Source: Octopus vulgaris
Lineage: Eukaryota
Reading direction: 5' to 3'
Assembly: GCA_951406725.2 (NCBI GenBank)
Contig: OX597827.1
Span: forward strand, 10,726,001-10,790,000
Length of the DNA: 64,000 bases
Part shown: positions 23,883-36,190 of the stretch, in pieces
Position numbering within the stretch: position 1 is the stretch's first letter
How the letters are laid out: every line of letters starts with the position of its first letter
The notes under the pieces: model-generated
What the model was told of the DNA's origin: nothing
What the model saw: the letters and a program-made list of their open reading frames with translations, nothing else
Databases searched by the model: none
Program-made: the position numbers and the translations under genes

Positions 23883-23931
23883 TACTGCTACAACTTTTGA
23901 TAAGATGCTAATCTCAAAACATCCCAGGCAT
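23883..23931 (-). other. 5' UTR part of the main protocadherin exon, just downstream of a splice acceptor
   Basis: Polypyrimidine tract and AG (ttttcttcttttctttcag|ATGCC) ending at 23932 on the minus strand; implies an upstream exon. Confidence 0.75.
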
Positions 23932-24049
23932 CTGAAAGAAAAGAAGAAAAATATTACTTTTAAAGTAAACAGTAACAAGTAAAGAAATTAAATATCATTA
24001 TTACTATAGACATTTCCATACTTTAGACAAAGTGGTGATTAGTTTTACA

Positions 24050-24432
24050 TGGAAGCACTCCGTCGGTTACGACGATGAGGGTTCCAGTTGATCCAATCAA
24101 CGGAACAGCCTGCTCATGAAATTAACGTGTAAGTGGCTGAGCACTCCACAGACACGTGTACCCTTAACACAGTTCTCGGGGATATTCAACGTGACACAGA
24201 GAGTGACAAGGCCGGCCCTTTGAAATAAAGGTACAACAGAAACAGGAAGTAAGAGTCAGAGAAAGTTGTGGTGAAAGAGTACAGCAGGGATCACCACCAT
24301 CCCCTGCCGGAGCCTCATGGAGCTTTAGGTGTTTTCACTCAATAAACACTCACAACGCCTGGTCTGGGAATCGAAACCGCAATCCTACGACCGCGAGTCC
24401 GCTGCCCTAACCACTGGGCCATTGCACCTCCT
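24050..24432 (-). mobile_element. SINE family C, tail type 1
   Basis: Near-identical to 14889-15274; TTAGTTTT(T)ACAT flanks. Confidence 0.9.
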
Positions 24433-25223
24433 TAGTTTTACATACTGTTTAGCAATTAGTCAACCCTGACTGAGCAGACTTATGATAAGTATTCCAGCCA
24501 TGATCATCTCATCTTTATATCTAGGGTTACATTATCCAATGTAACATTTCATTTCATAAAATGGCAGATAGTGATTTGAGAAATATTTGGCTGTCAATTC
24601 TAGCAGATCAAATTACCCCACAAAAACTTTTATATTGGCTTGTGAAGAGCTAGGTTGTGATCCTCCAGATATATATTCGACCCTCATTTCAAGCTGTGAC
24701 CACCCTAACTTTTTCCTTTTGTACTGGGGGACAATATCATTCAATGTATGCTGTGATTTGAGAGAGAGAGATTTGGTTGCTATTTTTAGCAAACTGTGTG
24801 ACAATAAAGTAACTCCCTTGTTGGCTGGTGAAGAATGTAATTGCTTAGAGCATTAGAATGAATCCTTTTATACATGAATCAATGGCACTCTACTGACCTG
24901 CAACTATTCAATAAAGAATTAATCTTCTTGAATGTAAAATAGTATCAACTGAGAAAAATCTGTGCTAATGCAATTAGCAGTTGATTTTTTTTTTTTTTTT
25001 TTGAGGAAAATGAATTCTAAGTGAAACCAGTGATATTGAGTGATGTCTAGCATTTCTGTATTCTCTCTGTGTTTCTGTTATTGATGAAACCTTACTAGTA
25101 TAGAAAGCCAAAATTATTTCAATACAAGATTTGCAAAGTAAAGTTTTAATTCTATAACCAACTAAGCCATTTCAAATAAAGTAAAGTTTGGATATGCTTA
25201 TCTAAATATATCATCAGATATAT

Positions 25224-25389
25224 GGAGTGGCTGTGTGGTAAGTAGCTTGCTAACCAACCACATGGTTGCGGGTTCAGTCCCACTGCGTGGCATTTTGGGC
25301 AAGTGTCTTCTGCTATAGCCCCGGGCCGACCAATGCCTTGTGAGTAGGATTTGGTAGACGGAAACTGAAAGAAGCCTGTCGTATATATG

Positions 25390-25422
<33 letters not shown>

Positions 25423-25622
25423 TTGTCCCCCCTAGCATTGCTTGACAACCGATGCTGGTGTGTTTACGTCCCCGTCACTTAGTGGTTCGCCAAAAGAGAC
25501 CGATAGAATAAGTACTGGGCTTACAAAGAATAAGTCCCAGGGTCGATTTGCTCGACTAAAGGCGGTGCTCCAGCATGGCCGCAGTCAAATGACTGAAACA
25601 AGTAAAAGAGTAATAGAGTAAT
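25224..25622 (+). mobile_element. SINE family A, near full length
   Basis: Matches the consensus. Confidence 0.9.
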
Positions 25623-26518
25623 AGAGACACTCTTTACAATAACAGAAAATATGATTTCTGTCAGGGTTGTTGCAGCAACATTATAAGACTTCAAGCAAAG
25701 CAATGCACTAGGATCCCCTACATTCACACAACTAGAACATACATAGATCAGTATGGAGCCTCCTTAGGTCCATGAGGTGCCTTGCACTGGAAACTACCCT
25801 TGTGCTCATGCTTTAGGACAGCACTGGCTTCCAAGCCTAGCCATGTTCATGGACGAACTTCATAGAGGACATACATTTGCCAAGTTAATGAAAAACTAGC
25901 CCAGTACACAGTTGATTTAGATGAGGATCAATTGTGATTTAGGTGGGGGCCAAACATCTCTTGCATTGTAGACTATCTCTTAATTCATAATAAAACTAAA
26001 GTGATATACAAACACTATGACCTTCCCAAAGTGTAACAATAAAAGGAATACAAATAAAAAAAAATACATGCTGTATATCTTCAAGTCATTTTTTATTTTA
26101 ATCTTTTAATATATTTTTCATATGATACACTAATTATATTTCTGTAAAAAACTAATTGAATTAGCTTCCACAAACTATTGATGCCCTATATACATGAGTT
26201 AAAAAATATCTTTTTATCTAAGCATAGTCCACAGAGTATAGTTTAAGCATAAGCTGTTGTTACACAGAATATCACATATATAAAGTTATCTTTGAGTTTT
26301 ATGTAAAATCTGTCAGAATAAATGATGCTATCCCAGAATTTATTCTATAATCGCATCTCTTTAAATGCTGGATATATGAATTTTCCTAATGACTTTTTAT
26401 TTATTTATTTATTTATTTATTAATTTTGTGAATATACACACACAAAAAAAAAATGTGTATATAGTTGAATTATATTGTAGAGAGAACTATATGTTTGCTT
26501 AATAGGCTGTGTCTGCAT

Positions 26519-27073
26519 GGATGGATGGAAGCACTCCCGTCGGTTATGATGACGAGGGTTCCAGTTGATCCGAATCAACGGTACAGCCTGCTCGTGAAAT
26601 TAACGTGTAAGTGGCTGAGCATTCCACAGACACGTGCACCCTTAACGTAGTTCTCGGGGATATTCAGCGTGACACAGAGAGTGACAAGGCCGGCCCTTTG
26701 AAATACAGGTACAACAGAAACAGGAAGTATGAGCGAGAGAAAGTTGTGGTGAAAGAGTACAGCAGGGATCACCACCATCCCCTGCTGGAGCCTTGTGGAG
26801 CTTTAGGTGTTTTCGCTCAATAAACACTCACAACACCCGGTCTGGGAATCGAAACCGCGATCCTACGATCGCAAGTTCGCTGTCCTAACCACTGGGCCAT
26901 TGCGCCTCCACGGTGAAAGAGTACAGCAGGGATCACCACCATCCCTGCCGGAGCCTCATGGAGCTTTAGGTGTTTTCGCTCAATAAACACTCACAACGCT
27001 CGGTCTGGGAATCGAAACCGCGATCCTACGACCGCGAGTCCGCTGCCCTAACCACTGGGCCATTGCGCCTCCA
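26519..27073 (-). mobile_element. SINE family C with a duplicated head and a 12-bp TSD
   Basis: CTGTGTCTGCAT at 26507-26518 and 27074-27085. Confidence 0.9.
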
Positions 27074-27379
27074 CTGTGTCTGCATACAGTTTGTAGATAA
27101 ACGCAACAGTCTTGACATTAACAACAAACAGCAAGAATAGAAATCCACTTAAGACTTGGAATATTCTGGTCAGCTCAGTTCAGATTTTTCACTTCTTCTC
27201 AGAGACTCTGGCATTGTTTACTGACTGACTTGCTAAGTGTTTAAGATAAATCTTTAACAACAACAACACTCTGCTACTTTGAACCCTTAACTACTGGTAT
27301 TTATTGATTCCAAAATTTATAACAGGAAATCTTAACATCAGAAAGCATATTTTCATTTCATATTGCTTTATATATATAT

Positions 27380-27419
27380 TTATTATTACTGTTGTTATCA
27401 TCATCATCATCACCATCAC

Positions 27420-27461
<42 letters not shown>

Positions 27462-27585
27462 TGTTATTATTATTATCATTATTATTATTATTACTACTAT
27501 CATCATCATTACCATCACCATCACCATCACCATCACCATCACCATCATCATCATCATCATCATCATTGTTATTATTATTACTACT

Positions 27586-27629
<44 letters not shown>

Positions 27630-27634
27630 TATTA

Positions 27635-27690
<56 letters not shown>

Positions 27691-27838
27691 GTTGGCGCTG
27701 TCGTCGTCATCATCATCATCATCACCATCATCATCATTATCATCATTATTATTATCATTATTATTATTATTATTATTATTATCATTATTATTACTATTAT
27801 TATTATTATTATTATTGTTATTATTATCATTATTATTA

Positions 27839-27872
<34 letters not shown>

Positions 27873-27892
27873 CATTATTATTATTATTATTA

Positions 27893-27923
<31 letters not shown>

Positions 27924-27998
27924 CATTATTATTATTATTATTACTATTATTATTATTATTATTATTATTGTTATTATTATCATTATCATTATTATTAT
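27380..27998. repeat. Compound (ATC)/(ATT) microsatellite
   Basis: Seen directly. Confidence 0.95.
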
Positions 27999-29695
27999 TT
28001 GTCATTGTTGATAAGAGTTTATACACTACTGGAAACCATTACGGAGTATTCAAGTAATATCGAATGGCTTTTAAGAGACACAAATCTTAGCTGATTTAAA
28101 TTCAGCATGCTATGGGGGTGAATAAGAAGAAGAGAAAAAAAAAAAAAGAGAAAGAAGAAAAGGAGTGAGAAGAGAAGATGCAATACAGCTTATACAAAAG
28201 GAAGCAGTTTAGAGTCAGTTGTAGAAGCATTTAGTTGAAAGTATTGTCGGTTTATGCAACTAGCTGCAAATGCCTTGCAATAATAGTACAATGAGTAGCA
28301 ATAATGAAGCGATGAGTTAGGTGTAATTTACTCTTCTTTAACACTTCACCAAAGAAAAAAATTTTAAAAAAAAAAAAACAAAAAAAAACTTGGAACAATA
28401 ATTGCTGTGCATTATTTTCAGTTTGATTTAACATAAAAATTTTTAAAAAAATAATTATAAAAAAAAAATAAAGGACGCTAACATTACTTTAAAATCTATT
28501 TCTGGTGACAGAAAGAGTGGTGGGTGTGATATTTAATAAAGCTGATATAATGATCCGCAAATTTGTAATGCCAAATAATAAATGAAGTAAAGAGATATAG
28601 ATGGAAACGATGAAAGCTATGAACAAATGCTTTGAGTTAACAAATGGCAAAGAAGAATAATCACTTTAAAGAAAATAAGAAAAAAAGATTCAGATGACTG
28701 AGTCAGAGCTCATAAAACTGGGGAATTCCAATAAATGAGTGAAGTAGACAGTTCCTCCAATCTGTTCTGCCTATAATTACACATGATGGAACATTTCAGC
28801 CCAGTGGAAAGCAAACAGAAAAATTTTTCTTTCTTTTCATTTTTCTCTCTCTCCACCCTTCCCACCTCACCTCTATCCCCCCCACCACCACCACCAAACA
28901 CTACCACAAACTACCACCACCACCACCACCAAAGCCACCACCACCACATACCAATGTTGGTAGTGACTGTGAAGACAGGAATGTCGAGGAGGTAAATTGC
29001 AGAAACTGTAAGGATGAAGAATTTGATTAAAAAGAAATATGAATGACTTTATCCCTAGATTAACAACTCTTAAGTAGAATTTGGTAATATTTCTAGTTAA
29101 AAGGTTTTACAAAATGTTGAGGCAAATACGGGAAGCTTAAGTGAACACTGTCGACATTTCAACATGTAAGAAGTGCTACACAATCAAGGAAAAAGCATGG
29201 ACCGAGTAAAGTAAAGCTCAAGTGTAGCCAGAAGCGGATAAGATTAAAGGTGAGAGAGAACAAGAACAGAATTGCAGGAGACTGACATGAAAGAAGAAAT
29301 CCAAACTGGGTGAGAAGTAGAAAGGAAATGTAAGATGAAAGAAGAGAAAAAAAAAAACTTTACAAAGCAGTGAAAAATACTATATAATTTTCTTCAGTTT
29401 CTTTCATATTGATAGGGTATATTTTGTTTGTTTCCTTTATAAAACAATTCTTTTTTAAATAATGTTTTAAAAAGGAAATGAATTTTTTTTCTTATTAAAT
29501 TTGTGATTTTTTTCCTTTCAGCTTTAGATTGTGAAAATTTGATAAAATAATCCAAATTGTTGTAGTTTACAGATGCGAATAAATTTTGCAAGTTTGGAAA
29601 TAGCAATAGTAGCTTATATTAACACGTGTAAAATTTTCGTAATTAACTATTCATTAAAGCGATTAATCTGCAAGCAAGATTTTATGTGGGTTTGT

Positions 29696-29948
29696 ACAGG
29701 TGATGGATTCAGTATTAAATTTTTATTGGGTACAACATATGTTTTGACCCTGGGTCTCATCAGGTACATTGATAATGATATGTCTCACTACAGATTTTTA
29801 GTGTCAGCTGACTTGTTGTTATACATCAGCTGACACAAAAAATCTATAGTCTGACATATCTTTATCAATGTACCTGATGAGACCCAAACTGATGGGTCAA
29901 AACATATGCTGTATCCAATAAAGATTTAATACTGAATCCATCTCCTGT
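29696..29948. repeat. Foldback with ~115-bp arms, each carrying a decayed hammerhead motif
   Basis: Arms 29696-29811 and 29826-29948; GTAC-CTGATGA-GACCC..GGGTC-AAAAC-ATATG(T/C)T-GTA in both arms. Confidence 0.85.
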
Positions 29949-29967
29949 TAATTAATATATATATATA

Positions 29968-30189
29968 AAGTAAATCCCCAAAAAGGAAGAACAAACACCA
30001 AACAACAGCAACATGCAGACGTGGTACATATAAAGTATTTGCAGATCCTCAGGGCAGGAAAGAAAGATGGTTTAAGATTTTGAGCAGATGCTCTTCATCA
30101 GAAACAGGAGAGGGAGAAAAGTCTAAGAGAAAAGGAAAATGGAGGGAAAAAATTGCCAATGATCCACATGGTTACATTTTGGGAGTGAA

Positions 30190-30190
<1 letters not shown>
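29968..30190 (-). mobile_element. Diverged Penelope-like fragment with a decayed hammerhead at 30070-30105
   Basis: Homologous to 14154-14340; CTGATGAAGAGC(ATCT)GCTC-AAAAT; bounded by TA tracts. Confidence 0.6.
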
Positions 30191-30239
<49 letters not shown>

Positions 30240-30260
30240 ATGTATGTATATATATATATG

Positions 30261-30311
<51 letters not shown>

Positions 30312-30509
30312 CTATATACATACATATATGTATATACACACACACACACACATTTTCTTTTAATAGAGTTTTATAACCTGAAACCATAGGTTTTGTATAA
30401 ATATTTTTGCTGTCATTCAGCTAAAATCTTTTTGGTTAATGTTTGTTTTTCCATGCTAATGTGGGTTGGATGGGGATTAATTTGAGGCAGGATTTTATGG
30501 CAGGATTTT

Positions 30510-30898
30510 ATACACACACACACACATGCACACACATATATACGATGGGCTTTACAGTTTCTGCTCTCCACATTCACTCGTAGGTTATTGGTTGACCTGA
30601 GTTTATTATAGGAGACAACCAAATTCATGGAGTGGGACCAAACTGGAATTGAGTGGGACTGAACAGGAGTGGAGTGGGACCAAACTGGAATTGAATGGGA
30701 CTGAACCTAAATGGAGTGGGACCGAACCTGAATGGAGTGGGACTGAACAGGAGTGGAGTGGGACTGAACCTGAATGGAATGGGACTGAAACCAAGTAGAA
30801 TAGAACTGAACCTGAATAGAGTGGGACTGAACCTGAAACCCTGTTGTTATGTGGTTGTGAAGCAAATTTGTTAACCATTAAAGTGATGGCTGTACCTA
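30510..30898 (-). mobile_element. Old SINE family A head with an amplified B-box segment
   Basis: Diverged core at 30540-30620 and head at 30838-30898 flank the 21-bp array. Confidence 0.7.
30628..30837. repeat. Minisatellite, 10 x 21 bp (consensus TGGAGTGGGACTGAACCTGAA)
   Basis: Ten contiguous, exactly 21-bp units counted directly. Confidence 0.9.
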
Positions 30899-31855
30899 TG
30901 TGTCAAAAAATCGTGTTTATTTGCTATTTTCATGTAAACACAATCCACTACAACATGAGAACAGTCAAAGATTAGTTTAATGAAAACAAAATAAGAGTGA
31001 AAACATGAGATTTAAATTATTGATTATCTTGTGAGCATGATGAAGTTTCAAGTGGGTGTTTATATCGATTAACAGAGACTGGTTTCAATGTACTTACAAT
31101 TGTAAGATGCATTGCATGTAAAAAAAATTAAACTTTAAAAAAATCACTGTTATTGTTTTATTCTAATTCTAGTGGATAAGAACTTAACCCATAGCCTATA
31201 GAGAAGTAAAAATATGAGCAATAAGAGCAAGGTTTTTATAAATATTTTCACTGTTATTCAGCTGAAATTTGTTTGCTTAATGTTGTTTTTTCCATGCTAA
31301 TGTGGGTTGGATGGGAATTAATTTGAGGCAGGATTTTATGGCTGGATGCTCTTCCTGTCCCCAACCACAACCATTTTACCCTATGGAGCTGGTTGTTGCT
31401 GCTGTTAGCAAAAATTAATTCAAAAACTTCATAGAATAAACAAAATTGTAATAAGTTATTTTAGTGTGAGGTGTCATAACATCTTGTATTTTGGACATTT
31501 GTTCTTTAAAGAGAAAGTATATAGAATAAAGAATATAAGAACACAGGTGGGAAAGATATAAGCTTTACCTTGCATTTTCTTCCTCTCCAAAAAATAAACA
31601 GTGTCCCAAACATTGAGTTTTCATCTCTCAAAGTTAACCGAGCTACATTTTTTCCAACAAATGTTTATATATCACAAGCATAGCATTTTCCCCTTAATCT
31701 GAGATTATTGAAGCAAAAGATGCTCAGACTTAATAGTAGTTATATGTTTATTGCAGAGAATTTGCTTCCATCCACTACAGTGTGCATTAAAGTTCATTAT
31801 CATTTGGTTGAGCTTGCTCAGACACTTTTGACCCCGTTTCTGCCAGCCCACCGCC

Positions 31856-31902
<47 letters not shown>

Positions 31903-32867
31903 CATTATTATATATACATATACATATATACACAAACATCGTTAAGCTTAAGGATTCAGATTTGTGTGGGAGACAAAATGAGATTAATGGAAGTTCATGT
32001 CCTTGACAAAGTCACTAACAAAGGCTATCTAAGTAAAAGGAAACAGTTGCAAAAGGGGACAGGAAAAAAAATAATGTGGGGAGAAGCCACAAATTTATCT
32101 CATCAAAACCACTCTAATATTATAAGGGGTTCGTTATGAAAACTCCATATTATTAGACATTCTGGAGTGTCCATCCAGCCAGTGCTTTAGAGATGCACGT
32201 TCCAGCCTTTCGAATGATTCATAGATGAAAAGTTACCTGTAAAACTATTAGTTAATCAATGAATGCATTTCACTAGACATTCTTGCTTGCTCTGATTAAT
32301 TCAGCATCAGGTTTCTATGAAAATATAATTCAGATTTCATTCCCTGTTGACCAATCTGAGTGACCAGTCTCTTTTGTAGAAATGGAAACTGGCTAAGCCA
32401 CAATTAATACCTCACTTATATAAATCAATAATGTTATAATACCAGAGAGCTGTGTATTTGGCAGCAGTTTTTAGAGGTGTTTAGAGTCCATTAAACTACT
32501 GGACACATTGCCAAAATAGTTGACCACCACAGCAATGGTTGGCTCCAGACTGTAGGTATCACTGCATATAATTCTTATTCCTGATCAATTTCCACAACTT
32601 ATTTCGGTGATATATATTTTATATTTGCCAGACAAAATGTTATGTCTATTACACTGCAGAAGAGACATTTAAATCACTTAAGAAAATAGAAAATAAAAAA
32701 TATTGTTATATAGACATTTTTTAAATTCTACTTTTTAATATGACAGTCTACCAGAAGGCTGCAAGCTTGTAGTTCATTATTATTTTGGACAAAAGGCTTA
32801 GCAGTATTTCTTCCAGTTTAATATGTTCTGAGTTCAAATCCCACCAAAGTCAACTTTAGCCTTTTTC

Positions 32868-32984
32868 CTACCCTATCATGGCAATTTTTGTAATCGTTTG
32901 GTGTCACCACAGGGCATCTCGAGACAAGATGGTCTAGTGTTTCATCAAATGTGTCACAGAATCTGCATTTAGGGCCTGAACCAG
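32868..32984 (-). mobile_element. R4/Dong-type LINE fragment, CCHC zinc knuckle
   Basis: Translates to PKCRFCDTFDETLDHLVSRCPVVTPNDYKNCHDRVG (CxxC..H..C followed by an RHD-like motif). Confidence 0.8.
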
Positions 32985-33219
32985 TATATGTAATATCTAC
33001 ATGTGTGTGTGTGTTTGTACATGCATATGTTTGAGTGTTCGTGTGTATATGTGCGTATGCATATGCATGTGTGTGTGAGGTGTGTGTGTGCACGTTACTG
33101 TCACTTCACTTTAACATATGCTGGTTGTAAATGAGCATCACTATTTCTGTGCAATATTTAGCATTTCCAGAGTTGCACTTCTTTGGCAAGAAAAACGATC
33201 TGAGACTATGAATTTTAAC

Positions 33220-33843
33220 TGAACACCAAAACACCTCCAATGCTTGAAAATGATTACATCTTACTCCTTTGGAACTTTACTGTTCAAACTGACAGAAAAA
33301 TTGATGCAAATAGACCAGACATTATATTGAAAGATTTCAGGCAAAAATCATGCCTCCTTATCAATATGACTGTCCCAATCAACATAAATTTATCTGTCAA
33401 GACAAAAGATTTTGAAATAGAAATTGGCAAAATGTAGAATCTCAAAACTAAAACAATACCTGGTGTCATAGGTGCCCTAAGAATGATAGCAAAAGGGGCT
33501 GATTGATACCTATCTCAGATACCAGGAAATCCCAAAATGGAATAAATTTTTAAAAATAGTGCTCATGGGAACTGCTCATATCCTATAAAAAATATTGTCT
33601 ATGTGATTCTCAAAACTCTTTAATCTGTAAACATTGTCAAAAGTATTTTTAAAATGAACATAATAGTAAACACCTTTTGCTGTCATCTTAACATCACACT
33701 TTCATCTTATAATCAAATTACTTTTAAAACAAACTTCTAATTTTCTAATTTTGACAGACATTCTCTGTGCAATACCCAAACTATGGCACCCTAGTCATAA
33801 CACCAGCTTGAATTTCTAACTTGTTGTCTCTTGAGTTCGCTGG
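33220..33843 (+). mobile_element. R4/Dong-type LINE 3' fragment: decayed restriction-like endonuclease and 3' UTR
   Basis: LLWNFTVQTDRKIDANRPDIILKD...LLINMTVP...VIGALRMI...VLMGTAHIL with stops and frameshifts. Confidence 0.85.
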
Positions 33844-33875
33844 ATGATCATGATGATGATAATAATAATAATAAT

Positions 33876-34220
33876 AGAAATTGAAAAACTGTGGCATCTC
33901 AAGGTGACTACAGTGATTGTAGGATCTCTAGGAATGATAAAAAAAGATACTGAAACCTATTTGAAAATGATTCTAGGCTTACCATCCCTACAGGAAGTGC
34001 AAAAAATCGTATTAACTGGAACAGCTCATGTACTGAGAAGAGCACTATCGCTGTGAAAATAACATCCATCCATGAATTTATTTATTTATTAATTTTTAAA
34101 TACATATTTTTTCTGTGAATTTGCGCATGTAATCTGGGAATGCATACAATGCCCTTCTCTGCCCTAGGTGTATGGAAAACACTCGGCGAGAAATGGAAGA
34201 AAATTTGAAGAAAGAAGGAA

Positions 34221-34222
<2 letters not shown>
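33876..34222 (+). mobile_element. Second R4/Dong-type LINE 3' end, flanked by (AAT)n
   Basis: EIEKLWHLKVTTVIVGSLGMIKK...QKIVLTGTAHVLRRALSL*. Confidence 0.85.
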
Positions 34223-34274
<52 letters not shown>

Positions 34275-34813
34275 TATGATAATTATAATTATGATATATA
34301 TATATATATCTTCAGTTTTTGTCTAGTAAAAACGTCTTCGGTTTTTGTCAAGTAAATCCACTTATTAAGCTGTGGGACCAAACCTGAAATTATGTGGCCA
34401 GGAAGCAAACGTCTTGTCATCCAACCATGACTGTGCTTTGTATTTTATTTTTATTTTAAGGTGTTTTGGATGCCAACACACGTGAGCATCAAAGGGAAAT
34501 GCATCAAACACCAATATACATTGATGTACTAAAGAAAGATTGTAAAAACAAGAAAGATCTGATGTGTTATAACAATGGTGAGATGGCTGGAGGCATGGCT
34601 GGAGGCATGGCTGGAGGCATGGCTGGAGTGCTGGTCTGTGAAAGACCTTAAAATGATAATATAAAATGGTAAGATTTGATTTGCAAGGGTAGGGGATTCG
34701 TGGGAGATTTGGCTGTTATTTCTAGTGTTTTAAGCTACTATATACAGATGTCCCTTGCCTTGATACACAAGTTAATATACGCAGTTAGTTTTAACAGATA
34801 GCAAGGTAATTAC

Positions 34814-35220
34814 CTGAGTGTAAATGAAAACGAGGAGCAAAAGCATGAAGAAGATAGAAGGAGAAGAGGAAGATGAAGACAAGGAGAAGGAGAAGGAGGA
34901 GAAGGAGGAGGTGGTGGTTGAAGAAGGAGGAAGAGGAGAACAGCAACAATGATAGCAACAAGACAAACAAGAAGAAAGAGGACAAGGTGGAGGAAAAGAG
35001 GAAGAGGGGAAGAGATTCACATTTCCTTAGTTACAACACTCCACTAATATCTGCCACTCTCTCTCTCTCTCTCTTTCTGTAAATCTCTCCCTCTCTCTCT
35101 CTGTATGTCTCTCTCTCTGCATGTCTCTCCCTCTCTCTCCCTCTCTCTCTGTATGTCTCTCTCCTCCTCTCCTTCTCTCCCACCTCTCTCTCTGTGACTG
35201 TCTTTCTCTCCGCTCCCTTA
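34814..35220 (-). promoter_or_regulatory. Possible promoter and non-coding first exon of the protocadherin
   Basis: On the minus strand, a GA-repeat block (35060-35210) is followed by a pyrimidine-rich leader ending in CAG|GTAATT at 34814. Unique sequence with several CpGs at 35420-35640. Inference only. Confidence 0.25.
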
Positions 35221-35689
35221 GTTCAATATCTTTTACTAGTTTGATACATTAGCATTGTTCTTCAGATTCTAATAATTTCCTTGATAAATACTGTATTCTA
35301 TATCATTTAATTGCTGCACTTGTCCCTCACACATCGAATTATACTAATTTCTGATTTGAAATTTCTTAATATCCAGTGAATGGACCAGGGATCAAACTGA
35401 ACTCTAGACAAAAGATTCATAACAACGAGTGAGGATGCATTGAAAAGGCGGAGCGAGCATTGTTGAGATGGTGAGATGCTGGCTGAGCTAGATTAGTCAC
35501 TCACACACACACACACACACACACACACTCGCAGAGATATAACTCAATAAAACTGATTAATAATTAGATATGAATGAATTGAAGAAATAATTCAGCCCAT
35601 CCGTCATGGTGAATAGATTTGAAACGCGCGTCTACTTTCCTTTACTTTTATTATTATTATTTTTTTTTCTTTTCCATTATCATCGTTGT

Positions 35690-36158
35690 TACTACCACCA
35701 CCACCACCACCACCACCACCACCACCACTGCTACCGCCGCCGACACTACTACTACTACTACTACTACTAACACTACTACCACCACCACTACCACTGTTGC
35801 CACCGCCGTCGACACTACTACTACTACTACTACTACTACTAACACTACTACCACCACCACCACCACCACCGTTGCCACCGCCGCCGCTGATACTACTACT
35901 ACTACTACTACTAACACTACTACCACCACCACCAACAACAACACCACCACCACCACCATTGCCACAACCATCAGCATCATCGTTGTCGTCATCGTCACCG
36001 ACAACACAACCAACACTACCATGACCACCGCTGCCGTTGAAATAACCACTGCCATCACCACCACCACTAATACCACCACCACCACTACCACCACCACCAC
36101 TACCATCACCACCACCACCATCACCACCACCACCACCACCGTTGCCACCACCATCGAC

Positions 36159-36190
<32 letters not shown>

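Noticed and set aside
23883-23978. N-terminal 32 aa of the 839-aa ORF
   Set aside because: It starts at TTG and runs through a polypyrimidine tract and splice acceptor; the signal peptide begins at Met 23882.
27291-28094. Long ORFs (220-243 aa) in several frames; likewise at 35604-36411, 42548-43335, 47646-48330, 49659-50391, 53317-53883 and all the YIYI ORFs
   Set aside because: They are translations of stop-free microsatellites, open in multiple frames and on both strands.
30628-30837. CRISPR-like regular repeat
   Set aside because: No unique spacers, no cas genes, eukaryotic context; it is a SINE-derived minisatellite.
35591-35613. RE1/REST-like motif (TTCACCATGACGGATGG on the minus strand)
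   Set aside because: Only about 12 of 17 positions match, and REST is not established in molluscs.
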